From assembly GCA_051294375.1 (NCBI GenBank), contig CM119267.1, positions 21,682,044 to 21,746,043 of the forward strand: a stretch of DNA of 64,000 nt, read 5' to 3'. The position numbers and the translations under genes are program-made. Positions 1-10,869 of the stretch are shown here, one piece after another; position 1 is the first letter of the stretch, and the number at the start of each line of letters is the position of its first letter. The notes beneath the pieces were generated by a model. That model saw only the letters and a program-made list of their open reading frames with translations. It had not been told where the DNA came from and searched no databases. The DNA comes from Paraspadella gotoi. Its lineage: Eukaryota; Animalia; Chaetognatha.

Positions 1-840
1 TTTAAAATTTACGAGTGTTTTCAGCCTCGTGGCCTTTTTAGCTTCTGATGTTATGTTTTAAAATTATAACGGCCATGAAAATTGAAATGATGTATATATC
101 GAATTTTAAAACCCTTTTTAAACAAATCTCTGACAAAGAAAATATAGAAAATGTTCTGAATCAATATGCCGTCATTTTCAATTCTAAATAATGAATGAAT
201 CAATCAACTCTTCGTGATCTTTCAATGAAAAAAAATAATCAATCAACCAATCTATCTCTAAGTCAACCTATTAAATAATCATTCAAAAAAATAATCAGTC
301 AACTAATGAACTCTTCAGTCAAGCTATCAATCAACTCATTCCGATATTTTTAACTTATTTCTTGAAAACAAAATTGTCTTGAAGCCTCTACGTACAAACA
401 TCGTATTGGTGATTAACATGTACTCATACCGCATATACGATATATAAGCAGTAGAAACATCGTACAAACATCCCCCATCGCTACAAATGTCATTGCAGTA
501 AAGACGCGAGCTGCGGGAGAGAGCAGAGAGAGCAGAGAGAGAGAGAGAAAGCCGCATCGAAGAAGCGACTCGTAAGATCGGAAATGGAAGAATGCCAACG
601 CCGGGGGTGGGGAGGGACAAAGCTTTGAAAATGAAAGCTTCAATTGAAAAGAGCAAAGGTTGGGGGGAGAGGGGGCAGGCGGTGAAGGAGGGTGTGATTG
701 CACCCAGTAAGAGATTCATGGACAAGATATAACTTTTTTATCATTGTTCCGATTCTTTTCTTTTGTTTCGTGAGTAGCATTAAAGGAGGAAAAACTGTTT
801 TGTTTTGTTTTCAGACAACGAATTTATTTTATTATGAAAA

Positions 841-882
841 AACGGACATGTTTCGGCTATTGTGTTAGCCTTCATCAGCGCT
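841..882 (-). ncRNA. Minimal type I hammerhead ribozyme
   Basis: Minus strand reads agcg-CTGATGA-aggcta(acacaa)tagcc-GAAA-catGTC-cgtt: intact core, stems I and II, palindromic ACATGT stem III. Confidence 0.85.
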
Positions 883-2378
883 ACAAAATATGACAAATAA
901 CAAATGACAAATGACAATTGACAAATGACAAATGACAATTGAAAGTGAAACATAAAGAAAAGAAAGTGCTCAAAATAGAGCTGGCTCCCCCCATATTAGT
1001 TGCATGGTAGGGATTCAAGTGGCTGGCAAGCGATTATAGGGAAAGAAACTTAATTGTAATACAAACGAATATTTAATATTTAATATTTAATCAATTACTT
1101 AATTTTAGCTCAGATGAACAATTTTTAAAGCCAACTTGTTTTTAAAAGAACCCTTTTTGCTCACAGGGTGCGACTAGTCGCGTCCCCAACAGGAAAGTTT
1201 GAGTTAACAAAAGACCAATTTATATTTCTCGCCCTCTTTCTCTCTGACATTGATTCTTTATGAGACAAAGCAAAGAGCAAAATCATTGCAAATGATAAAA
1301 TAGCAAAGAAAGTAAATGACAATTATAAAACTGTTCTTCAACTGTACAACAGTCTAGCCATTTCAATCTTTGAACACTCTAGTCCAACTTGGATAAACTC
1401 GAGCAAAAGCCAATGGGAGAAAATAGAAAAGCTGCACTAGCGAGCAATGAAAACTACCAATCCATACTTCAGCAAAAGTTGTATACGATGCAGCAAATGT
1501 CGAAAATTTAACAACAAAGTTAACAAAAGAAGCAAGCAAACGAATCGTAAGCATGGTGACGGACAACATTCTCTTTGATGACATCATTGAATATCTTCAT
1601 TCCGGAGATATTTCAACACAAAAATCCCAAATGCAAAAATGTCAAGAAACTTTGGGATTTTGTTCAGTCAATTACGCCTTCACACCAAACAATTCTGCCG
1701 AAGAGTCCAAATAAACATCCAGAGCACACTTAGACATAGTAGTTGCATGATTGCTCCCATTTTACGTTTTCTGGTCGTTAACGTAACTTTTCGTTGTGTC
1801 TTGTCGGGTGCGGGGTCAAAAAGTTCAAAAGTTAGAAAGGAACATTAGCAAATACGTATGATTTTAAATTTTGTTTTTACGTCTAACGTATGTCTTGTAT
1901 CATTTATCATTTATCATTATCTCTACTTTAATATTAAATACTGGCAAAAGATTCGTAATTAAAGATTAAATATTCACGTGTTATTGTACTTTTTACTAGT
2001 ATAAGAATAAGAACGTTTGTTCATAGTATGAATAAAGAAATGAATGAATAAATAAACGAATAAATGTTTTATAAAATTATGAAAGGAAGAATCACACAAT
2101 GATGTAGCTCTTATCTCAATGAAGAATTATTGGAGAACAACTTTAATGGGTGATGTTATACTTTTCTTGAGATAATCTTTTTTTGATATAAGAGTAGAAA
2201 ATATTATTATTTTATAAAAATAAATATAAACTTGAAACTTCGTTGTCTATTTTCGTCATTATTAACAAAAAATAAATTGCCGACGATAGTATAGGGTCAC
2301 GACAGTATTTTCGGGGTGAATCTCCCCTCGTAAATATGATTCCGAGACGTCATTTTTGGCGTCACGTCACGTCACTCT

Positions 2379-2503
<125 letters not shown>

Positions 2504-2718
2504 ACCCTCTAACTTTTCAACTTTTCAACTTTTCAACCCATCGCTTTCATTTGAAATGAAAAAAATGATAAGAATTTCATCTGAGGCACTTCAACTTTAT
2601 AAATTAAGTCTTAAATCTACAAAAAATCTACAATCTAAAATCTACTATCTACAAAAAAGTGTACTAACAAAATAATACTTATAGTAATAATCAATTATTT
2701 CGCTTCCACCGAAAAAAA

Positions 2719-4465
2719 ATGGAATCCGTTCCGGAACCAAACGGAAAATCGGATGGACCGGAATTTAAAGGTCAGTATTGCATCCTAAACATTCAAAGAA
2801 ATAGAAGTATTAACAAATTATTAAAAAAATAAGAAATACAAATTGATTGAATCGTAACTTTTAGATCGGCTTCTCAAACCTAGCCTTGCGATAAGCTTTT
2901 TTTTTAAAATACAATAACATTCATTTCCCAATTCTAAATTATAAAAAGTTAAGGCTAGATTTTAAACCTAATGTTGGTGAAAAGTTTTAAACGAGTTTCA
3001 ATCATGTACAAAAGAAGTACATGATTGAAACTGTTTATCAAAACTCAAATAACGCTGATGAAGGCTTAAAATAAAAGCCGAAACATGTCCGTTTTCCTTT
3101 GAAAATAAAAATCGTTGTTGAAACTCGTTTAAAACTTTTCACTAATTAATATCTTTACACAACGAAAAGAAAGTTTATAACACAAAACCTAATGTTTTAA
3201 CCCAACCTTTTCAACTTTAAAAATTACAATAATTACAATAGAAACTGTAATTTTTATAAATATTTATAAATTATTAAAAACAAAAAAGTAAAAAACAAAA
3301 ATTTAAACAGTTTCCGTCGACTCTTCGCGACAATCTTCTTCCAAAGATAACTCAACCTCCACGAAACTCACCCGAAACCCACGCCGGGCCGACGTCGACT
3401 TACTTCGTGTCGCCGCCACTTACGCCATCTTCGTGTATCACGTGTCAAAGATTTACTTACCCTTCGTTTATTTCGTCAAGGATCCTTTTCGGTCTTACCT
3501 GACGAAGGATTGGAGCAACGAGGTCAAAAACTCAGAAACTGAGCATTGAGCATTGAACAGAGAGAAGTTTAGAGAATGTTGTTAAGAGCAGGAGCATAGT
3601 GGACCAACTGCCGCCCCGTCTATTACTATTAAAACTTTTGACCTTTTAATGAGGGCAGAAATACTTTCCAACGTTTCATATAAATCTGTTGGCTTGACCT
3701 TTCGAAGTATATTTTTAGATCCTAACATTTTAATAACAAATCATTTAGTTAATAGTTATGTTGCGTTAAGGCTCTGGTTTTAGGTACATACGGGAGTGTG
3801 AGAAAGTTGATGAAAAGATTGCAGTATCCTACTATGTAATAATCTTGAAAAAGGAATGGAGGACTGAACCCGTCATTTCCTTATTCATGATTTTACCAAT
3901 CTCCTATATTATTAAAATTCAAATGATAATCTCGAGCTTCTTTTCGCTGCTATAATGCTATTAGCTTCAATCCTCTAAGAGAAAATATCCTAATCAAAAT
4001 TAGGAGAAATTAATTTATGACATTATATATATTAAAAACAAAAGGAAAATAATGATATGATTAAAAGGTTAAAATTTTAAAATGATTATTTTTTAAAAAT
4101 TCACCCTCCTTTCGCCAAATATTACTTTTATTAAACTTAATATTTTAAACTTAAAATAAAGAATAATACCTCCCTCCTTTCGCCCCCCCCCCACCGCCCC
4201 CCCCCAATATTAGCTCGGCGTCTTCTTCCGCGATTGGATCCTCTCATTCATCCTTCCTCTTTTCTTCTTTCTCTCCGGCGCCAACGCTTTCTCCTCTCTC
4301 GGGCGCCGCACCGAGCGGCCAGTTCCGCTTGGAACGATTCCATCGTCTCATGGTTCCGGTCCTGTTTCTCATGGCCTTCACTAATCTGGGGATATTTGTC
4401 CATCTACTGGCGCCTAAAAGATGCGTGTCATTGGTGAGGAATGATAGTTGGATTTGTTTTTTTTT

Positions 4466-4541
<76 letters not shown>

Positions 4542-7500
4542 AACCCATGTATGTAACTCTCTCTCCTCTCTTCCTCTACGTTTTCAGGCAACGCTTTCAC
4601 CTTACCCCGTCCCAAGAGAGCTGCCTTCTGATTCCTTACCTAAATCCCGGATTTCCAGCCAATCAAACCGTAGTGGATTTTTTGTCTCATTTGTTTAACG
4701 TCTACCCTTACACTCCGTCGGCATCGCAAGGGTGGTTCTTGGTCTATCTATTTCTTTACTCTCAGGTAAAAATATTTTTTAACTTGGTTATTAATGGTTT
4801 ATATTTATTTATTTATTAAAGCATTGTTACTGTTATTTATTGTAATCTGTATATGTTTTTTATTCGTGTATAAACTTGGTTACAAGTTTTGTTAAAGTTA
4901 AAGTAAGGATGATTATAATTATAAAATAAAATATACTAAATTATAACAAATTATGCTCCAGCTCTTCGCCACTTTCTTCTCCGTCCGTCATCCCTCTTCC
5001 GCCTCCTCCTCCTCCTCCTCCTCATTTCGACGCCGCCTTCGCTTCGTCCTTGGTTGCGGCGCTCCGACGCCGGAATCTTTCGCCGGCGCCGTTGATTCCT
5101 GGATCGGCGGCGCCAGCGGCGTCAAGTTGGCGCTCGTTCCCGGCGCGGTCTTAGCGGTCATCGAGGTCGGTTTATCTATTAGCTATTTTTTAATACTTTG
5201 TTAATACTCAACATACTTATCTCTTTACTTGACTAAAGATAATAAACGGGACTGTGAGAGTCTTGATTGAAAGCTTGCAGGGACCTGCTATGTCATTATC
5301 TTGTAAGAGTGATGGAGGCCTTAAACCACCAAAGCCTGTCCAAAGTCAGGGGCAAGATAGCTTATTTATTAAATGAATGGATAATTTTTATATTGGTTGT
5401 ACCAATTTCATAGATATGAAATTGATTAGTTTTCACTGATACTGAATCACAAATAACTACGGTTTCTTTTCTTTTCCTTCTTCCGAAAAAATTGTTTCAT
5501 TGTTCGATGATTACAGTGTACCAATTAGGCTAGCTATTATGCATTTGCTTTCCATCGCTTCCATAACCCTGTGAACGAAAAAATGACATCAACGACATGG
5601 AATTCCGCAGATTGTTTGTCGATGGATTCCGCCGCCGACGTTCTCCTTCTTGGCCGCGTTTCAGGATCTTCACGATGGTGCGATCATCAATGGGCCGGAT
5701 AAATTAATGATCCTTAAAACTTTTAATAAAAGTTTAAAAAAACAGGATCGGTTATTCTAATGTGTTGCGCCGCAGTGACTTTATTTTTACGTGTTTCCCT
5801 TTCACATGACTACATGACATGACATGATTAAATGACTACAATAACTTTCTTAGACCGTATTTTTATGACAAGCACTGCATCGTAAGTATTTTATTCTTTA
5901 TAGTAGCCATAGCCGATGAAATTTAAATGCTAATGTATACAGCGTTAAAATAATCTATCATTGAGCATAGATTAAAGTATTAAAATATTTTTTGTCAAAA
6001 AACTTTTTTCTGAGGGTACTAGCCTAATTAAAATTATTATATTACTATATAAAGAAAAAAAAATTGAAATCTTAAAATTTTTTGATGGTTTCTGATAGAG
6101 CAAAAAACTAAAAAAACTAAAAAAACTGATAAAATCATCAAAAGATGATGATGATGACAATTTTTTATGGTTTTTCTTATTTTTGACCTACTTATGATAA
6201 AAATATTTTTTTTAAATTATACTTTGTGTAGACAACTTTTTATGCGCTATCTGAATCTGGTCTTAAAACTTAAATTTTTTCAAAAACATTTTTGGCCTTT
6301 CCTCGGGTATAGAGCCATATAAGCAATTTTTTGGCCATTGAAAGTATACCTAAAAATGTATAAATTTTCGTTTGAGCTTGTACTCACTCACTCACCCCAT
6401 TGAGTGCGGCTACCCATATTTATAGTTTTAGGATTTTTTGAAGCGGCGCTAGCAGTCACTGAGATTTGAGGATTTTTACCTTCTTAACAAATGACCAACT
6501 AACTATAGGCGTGTTATGAGTATTGTTAACGTCAGTTGTACAGACCAACGGATAAACATACCGACCGACCGACCAAAGAGTGACTTATAGTGTTGCTACG
6601 CGATTACTCGCTGCGCAACTAAAAAAACTTAATCGTTTTCGAGCAATCGTTGATTTAACCAAAAAGGCGTTTCGTACTCTTTCGTCTTCGTGGCCGGCTA
6701 CGCCGTTGCAACCGTTGACGATCGTCTCGAACTTACCCTGAAGCGGAAGGCCTGGTTGTTTTTTGTTGTCGGACACGTAGTACTTTTAGGATATAGGTAT
6801 GAGAAAAAGCTAAGTTAACAACTTTTTATTTTATATTTTGTATTATTCTTTTAAAATCTTCTAGTTTTAGTAATTAAACCTCTTCCGTCCAACCCCCCCC
6901 CCTCTATTCCCTTTGTGTACAAGCAACTGGCTAAGCCGCTCCGCCCGCATTATCGACCTGGGCAAATCAGGCGGTCTCTTTCTCCACCGCCTGGTCGGAG
7001 GCGTCCTTCGTGGCTTTGGCGAATGGACGGCGCTGCTGGGAACTTGCGGCGTCGCCCGGCGTCTGCTGCCGAATTATCCGGCGCTACTGGCGGCGCTCGC
7101 GGAAATGACGATGCCGTTCTACGTGACGCACGTGAGGAATTTCAAGCAGATTCAAAATATCATTAATCAAAATAACATTAATCAAAATATCATTAATCTC
7201 GTTAGGATACGTAGTGTTTTTTTTATTTAACTTCGTTGCGTTTGGGAATAAAACGGTTAGATTTTCCATTTATTCACAAACAAGGATTTTTAATTTAAAA
7301 AAATGGAAATGTTTCGGCTTTGAATAAAGAATATTTAACTTAAACAAACGGAAAATTTACCGTTTTTTTTATAAATAAAAATGCTTTTATATAAACATTA
7401 AAAAAATCAAACCGTTCTAATCTTCTAAGTTTAATATTAACTTTCACAAAAAATTTCGTTTATGGAGACTTATTTAGTAGAAATAAGTTTGAGTTTATTT

Positions 7501-7627
7501 GCAACAACGATTTTATTAGTACATAAGGACGTACATGTTTCGGCTTTAGTTACAAGCCTTCTTCAGCGTCATAAGAGAAAAATTGTTTTGTGAACTTTTT
7601 ACATATTATTTGTGCAAAGGAAAAGTA

Positions 7628-7699
<72 letters not shown>

Positions 7700-10263
7700 A
7701 GGCAAAGTTTCCAACACAGAGTTGAGAAAAAGAATAGTGGTCAGATGTGAGGACAGGTCAAGGTGAAGACAGATTGAGTTAGACTGTGAAAAGAAATTAA
7801 GTGGTGAAAAATTTTGAGAGAGAGGGAGAGAGACAGAGAGAGAGAGAGAGAGAAAAAGGAACATTATAGTAACAATACATTGTGCAATGTACAACAAAGA
7901 TAAATGATTTAAACTAACAGTGAAATAAATATTTTAACATTAAACTACTTAATAAATAATTGAGTATAAAACAGTGAAATTGAAATGTGAAAGGAAAGAG
8001 AGAAATAAGTTTAGAAGATATTAATGTGGAAAGTGAAATTTAAGAATTAAGAAAGAGCTCAAAATGAGCTGGCCCCCTTTGGTTGAAGCAAATGAGAGGT
8101 AGTGACGATGTGGTCGAGTCATTGGCGCGTCAGTGGCTGAGAGGTCATATCGGTTGAGCCTGTATGTGATGGACTGGGTAGGCTTCCTTGCGGGAAGAGT
8201 CCAAAGGCTACCCTGATGTCTCTCTGGCCTGGTACGCCTGTCGACTGCCCTCTTCTCGTCTGCTGGCGAGATGGGTGGTTGTCCGTTCTTTGCCGCTTTT
8301 GCGACATGAGTTGTGGACTCCTCTCCTTCCTCCAGCAGCCGCCTTTTTGGTGGGCGCTTACTCCACAGAGAGAGGGAGTGAGTTGCTGCAGTTGAAGGAG
8401 AGGCATTGTTTGCCCATTGCCTGCGCAAAGGTCTCCCCTTGTTTCGTTGAGTAGAAACGGAGAGTCATTGTGCGGACGTGGTGGTGGCGGGGCCTCCACC
8501 ACGCTTTTGATAAGCGTATCATAGCTTGGAGGGAGATCGAATCGTCCTCCATCACGATTCAAAGAGGGCTCGAGGGTTGATATAGATCGCCTCTCTAATA
8601 CCTCTTGAGAACCAGTTTGGGTCATGGGACAGCACGAGACAGTCTGACTCTCTAAATAGATGGCCAGTATTTACTGTATGTTCAGCTACCGCAGATAGTA
8701 ATGTCCTCTCGCATCGCGATAAGGTTTTGTGTGCTGCTGAAAGCGGTCTGTTAGAGACTTGCCTGTCTCGCCCACGTATGCTGCTGCACAGGCTTGGTTG
8801 CCCGCCCCTGCACAGGCCGCCCAATAGACGGCTCCTGATGTTTTCGGTCTGGGGATTTTATCTTTCGGTTTCACCAATTGCTCTCGTAGAGAACCGCGGG
8901 TCGTCACTGAGGTGGAGATCCCCTGCTTTGCCAGCACCCGCACCAATGACTCAGTGATCCCCTGGTGGTAGGGGAGGGACAAGTGACCCACGTTCTTAGG
9001 GCGCTTCTGCTTATCTTCCAGTTGCGCTGTGGTGGGCGCGGTAGGCTCTTCAGCAGCAAGAACCCTTTCTTCTCCTGGGGGTTGGAGGTAGAATCAACGC
9101 TAGCGGTTACTTGGGCAGCCCTTGGTGGCCACTGCCCTCAACCAGATACGGCCGGTACCTGGCCTTCTCGAAGGCCACAATGGGTAACCATTGATCGCCA
9201 AGGCTCTTTTGACATGCTCAAGCTCGCGGCCTGAAGCTCGGGGGTCGACGGAATCAATATAGCCCTTCTGGTAAGGGATCTGACCGTGGCTAGCTTGTGA
9301 GACAAGGGGCATGAGAATCGAAGGGAATGTATTGGTCTGTGTGTGTAGGTTTGCGATATACTGAGAATTCCAATGAGCCGCCCTCTTTGCGCTTTATAAG
9401 CACATCGAGCATTGGAATCGACCCATTCACCTCTTTTTCACATGTCCACTTGATGCTCACATGAATGCTGTTCAAATGGTTCAGTAAGTCCTCAATGAGG
9501 TCTTTGCGCACGGCCAGAATGGTATCGTCTGCTTTCCGATACCAGAAGAGGATAGACTCTGCCCCTGCAATGATCGAAAAGAGGCCAAAGCTTCCACCTC
9601 ATAGTCCTCCATATAGAAATCTGCCAGAGGACTTGATGTCGACTTGCCCATCCCTAAGCCACCAGGCTGGGCGTAGTACTGTCCATCGAACCTGAAGTAC
9701 GCCAGTTCCAGGTCGAGCCGCAACAGTGCCATGATGTCATTCAATTGGATTGGCGTACGCTCGTGTAATGTCCGCTTGTAACTAAAGCCGAAACATGTAC
9801 GTCCTTATGTACTAATAAAATCGTTGTTGCAAATAAACTCAAACTTATTTCTACTAATCCAAACACAACGAAAAGAAAGGAAATTCGCTATGCCTAGGAG
9901 ACTTATTTTAAAAAAATGATATTTCACGTCTCAGGTCTAAACATTAAAGGAATTATTAATAATATGAAAAATTAATGATTAATATTTCAGGAACAGATTC
10001 TCGTCCTGCTCGCCTCTCTCCTCCTTCATCACCACATCCTCGGTCTCTTTCCTTTCGTCGTCGTCATCGTCACCATCGTCGTCGTCGTCGTCTCGTTCCT
10101 CATCGTCAAATCCGGTCGCTTTCGTTACTTCTTCGGCCTTCGCACCGACAAGTGGGGCCTGCCCGGCGACGTCTGCTGGGGCCTGGCGCCCGGCGTCTTT
10201 TTGGGCGGCGTTTTGGTGATTGAGATGGGCGCCGCTCACGCTTGGAGAGTTTGGTCGGGGTGA
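2719..10263 (+). CDS. Spliced membrane acyltransferase, Acyl_transf_3 family, bacterial OpgC/MdoC-like. Exons approx. 2719-2770, 3311-3522, 4214-4433, 4588-4765, 4962-5165, 5611-5677, 6667-~6776, ~6924-7131, 9991-10263
   Basis: Manual splicing at GT-AG sites gives, in order, PRRADVDLLRVAATYAIFVYH, LPLFFFLSGANAFSSLGRR..QFRLERFHRLMVP, GWFLVYLFLYS, YSFVFVAGY, FGEWTALLG..LAEMTMPFYVTH|EQILVLL and FRYFFGL. These are the collinear motifs of bacterial acyltransferase-3 proteins. Two apparent 1-nt indels lie in exon 3 (~4320, ~4416), and the exon 7/8 junction is uncertain. Confidence 0.85.
2976..3184 (+). mobile_element. ~210-bp non-coding hammerhead-bearing element (Penelope-related)
   Basis: Flanked by a 12-bp direct repeat aaacctaatgtt (2964-2975, 3185-3196). 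Contains a perfect 25-bp inverted repeat (2977-3001 / 3118-3142), a hammerhead, and the terminal motif acacaacgaaaagaaag shared with the Penelope element end. Lies in intron 1 of the acyltransferase. Confidence 0.8.
3051..3093 (+). ncRNA. Minimal type I hammerhead ribozyme
   Basis: aacg-CTGATGA-aggctt(aaaataa)aagcc-GAAA-catGTC-cgtt. Confidence 0.88.
5240..5362. repeat. Dispersed interspersed repeat (other copies ~34845-34972 in opposite orientation, diverged at ~3790-3870 and ~22900-22990)
   Basis: The reverse complement matches 34845-34972 (gctatcttgccc..ggacaggctt..aaggcctccatcactcttaca..aagctttcaatcaagactctc). Confidence 0.7.
7476..9896 (-). mobile_element. 5'-truncated Penelope-like retroelement (RT + C-terminal GIY-YIG endonuclease), frameshifted, in the last intron of the acyltransferase
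   Basis: RT fragments YFRFDGQYYAQPGGLGMG..S..LADFYME, HLNSIHVSIKWTCEKE..IPMLDV and VYRKPTHTDQY. GIY-YIG GAVYW..C..YVGETGKSLTDRFQQH and REAIYI..PSLNRDGG. An 84-bp inverted terminal duplication (7474-7557 / 9774-9857) and a 12-bp TSD ggagacttattt (7464-7475 / 9897-9908). Confidence 0.92.
7528..7570 (-). ncRNA. Minimal type I hammerhead ribozyme in the 3' pseudo-LTR of the Penelope element
   Basis: Minus strand reads gacg-CTGAAGA-aggctt(gtaacta)aagcc-GAAA-catGTA-cgtc, in the same sense as the ORF. A truncated inverted copy lacking the CTGANGA box is at 9774-9803. Confidence 0.88.
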
Positions 10264-10869
10264 AGGCGAGAGAACTTGAACACGAAAACAAAAAACTTGA
10301 ACAAGAAAACAAAAAAACTTGAACAAGAAAACAAAAAAACTTGAACAAGAAAACTTGTTTGAGGAAAAAACTAGTGAATTGAAATTTGTAGTTGTTGGAT
10401 TAAATCGTAAGAAAAACTATTTTTGGTTTGTTCTATTTCTATTATTAGTGAAGTATGCAGAAAACCATTCTAGTTTCCTATAGTTATACGGACTTTTATG
10501 GACGTAAAAAAGCTTCAGCAGTGAAAAGTGTTAACCAATCCAAGCAAACCAATCTAAAATAACCTTTAATAATTTTAAAACTCTGCGTGAGTCAGACTAT
10601 TAAACGAAATTTATAGAGCTTTTAAAAATATGTTTTTTTTTATTTTCCGTAAAAAGTAGGCCATAAAATCAATAATAAATATAAATTTTGAGCCTAAAAA
10701 GTTGATTCATTACATGATGATGAGAATAATTATTATATTATTATTATAAACTTTCATACTGTGAAAATGTAAGATTCATTTATAAAAATGTAAGAAAATG
10801 ATTAATTCTAAACCGCGACAAGAGAAAATGCCAACAATTAATCTTGTGATTCCACCCCGACACTAAAAT

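Noticed and set aside
2345-2375. CRE-like (ACGTCA) cluster upstream of the acyltransferase; similar words at ~17470
   Set aside because: Short motifs that cannot be distinguished from chance without TSS or chromatin data.
2719-10263. Bacterial contamination as the source of the acyltransferase
   Set aside because: The gene has spliceosomal introns containing host microsatellites and retroelements and is contiguous with animal genes.
9979-10348. Acidic minus-strand ORFs (115 aa and 80 aa)
   Set aside because: They are antisense shadows of the hydrophobic last exon of the acyltransferase and its 3' UTR repeat.
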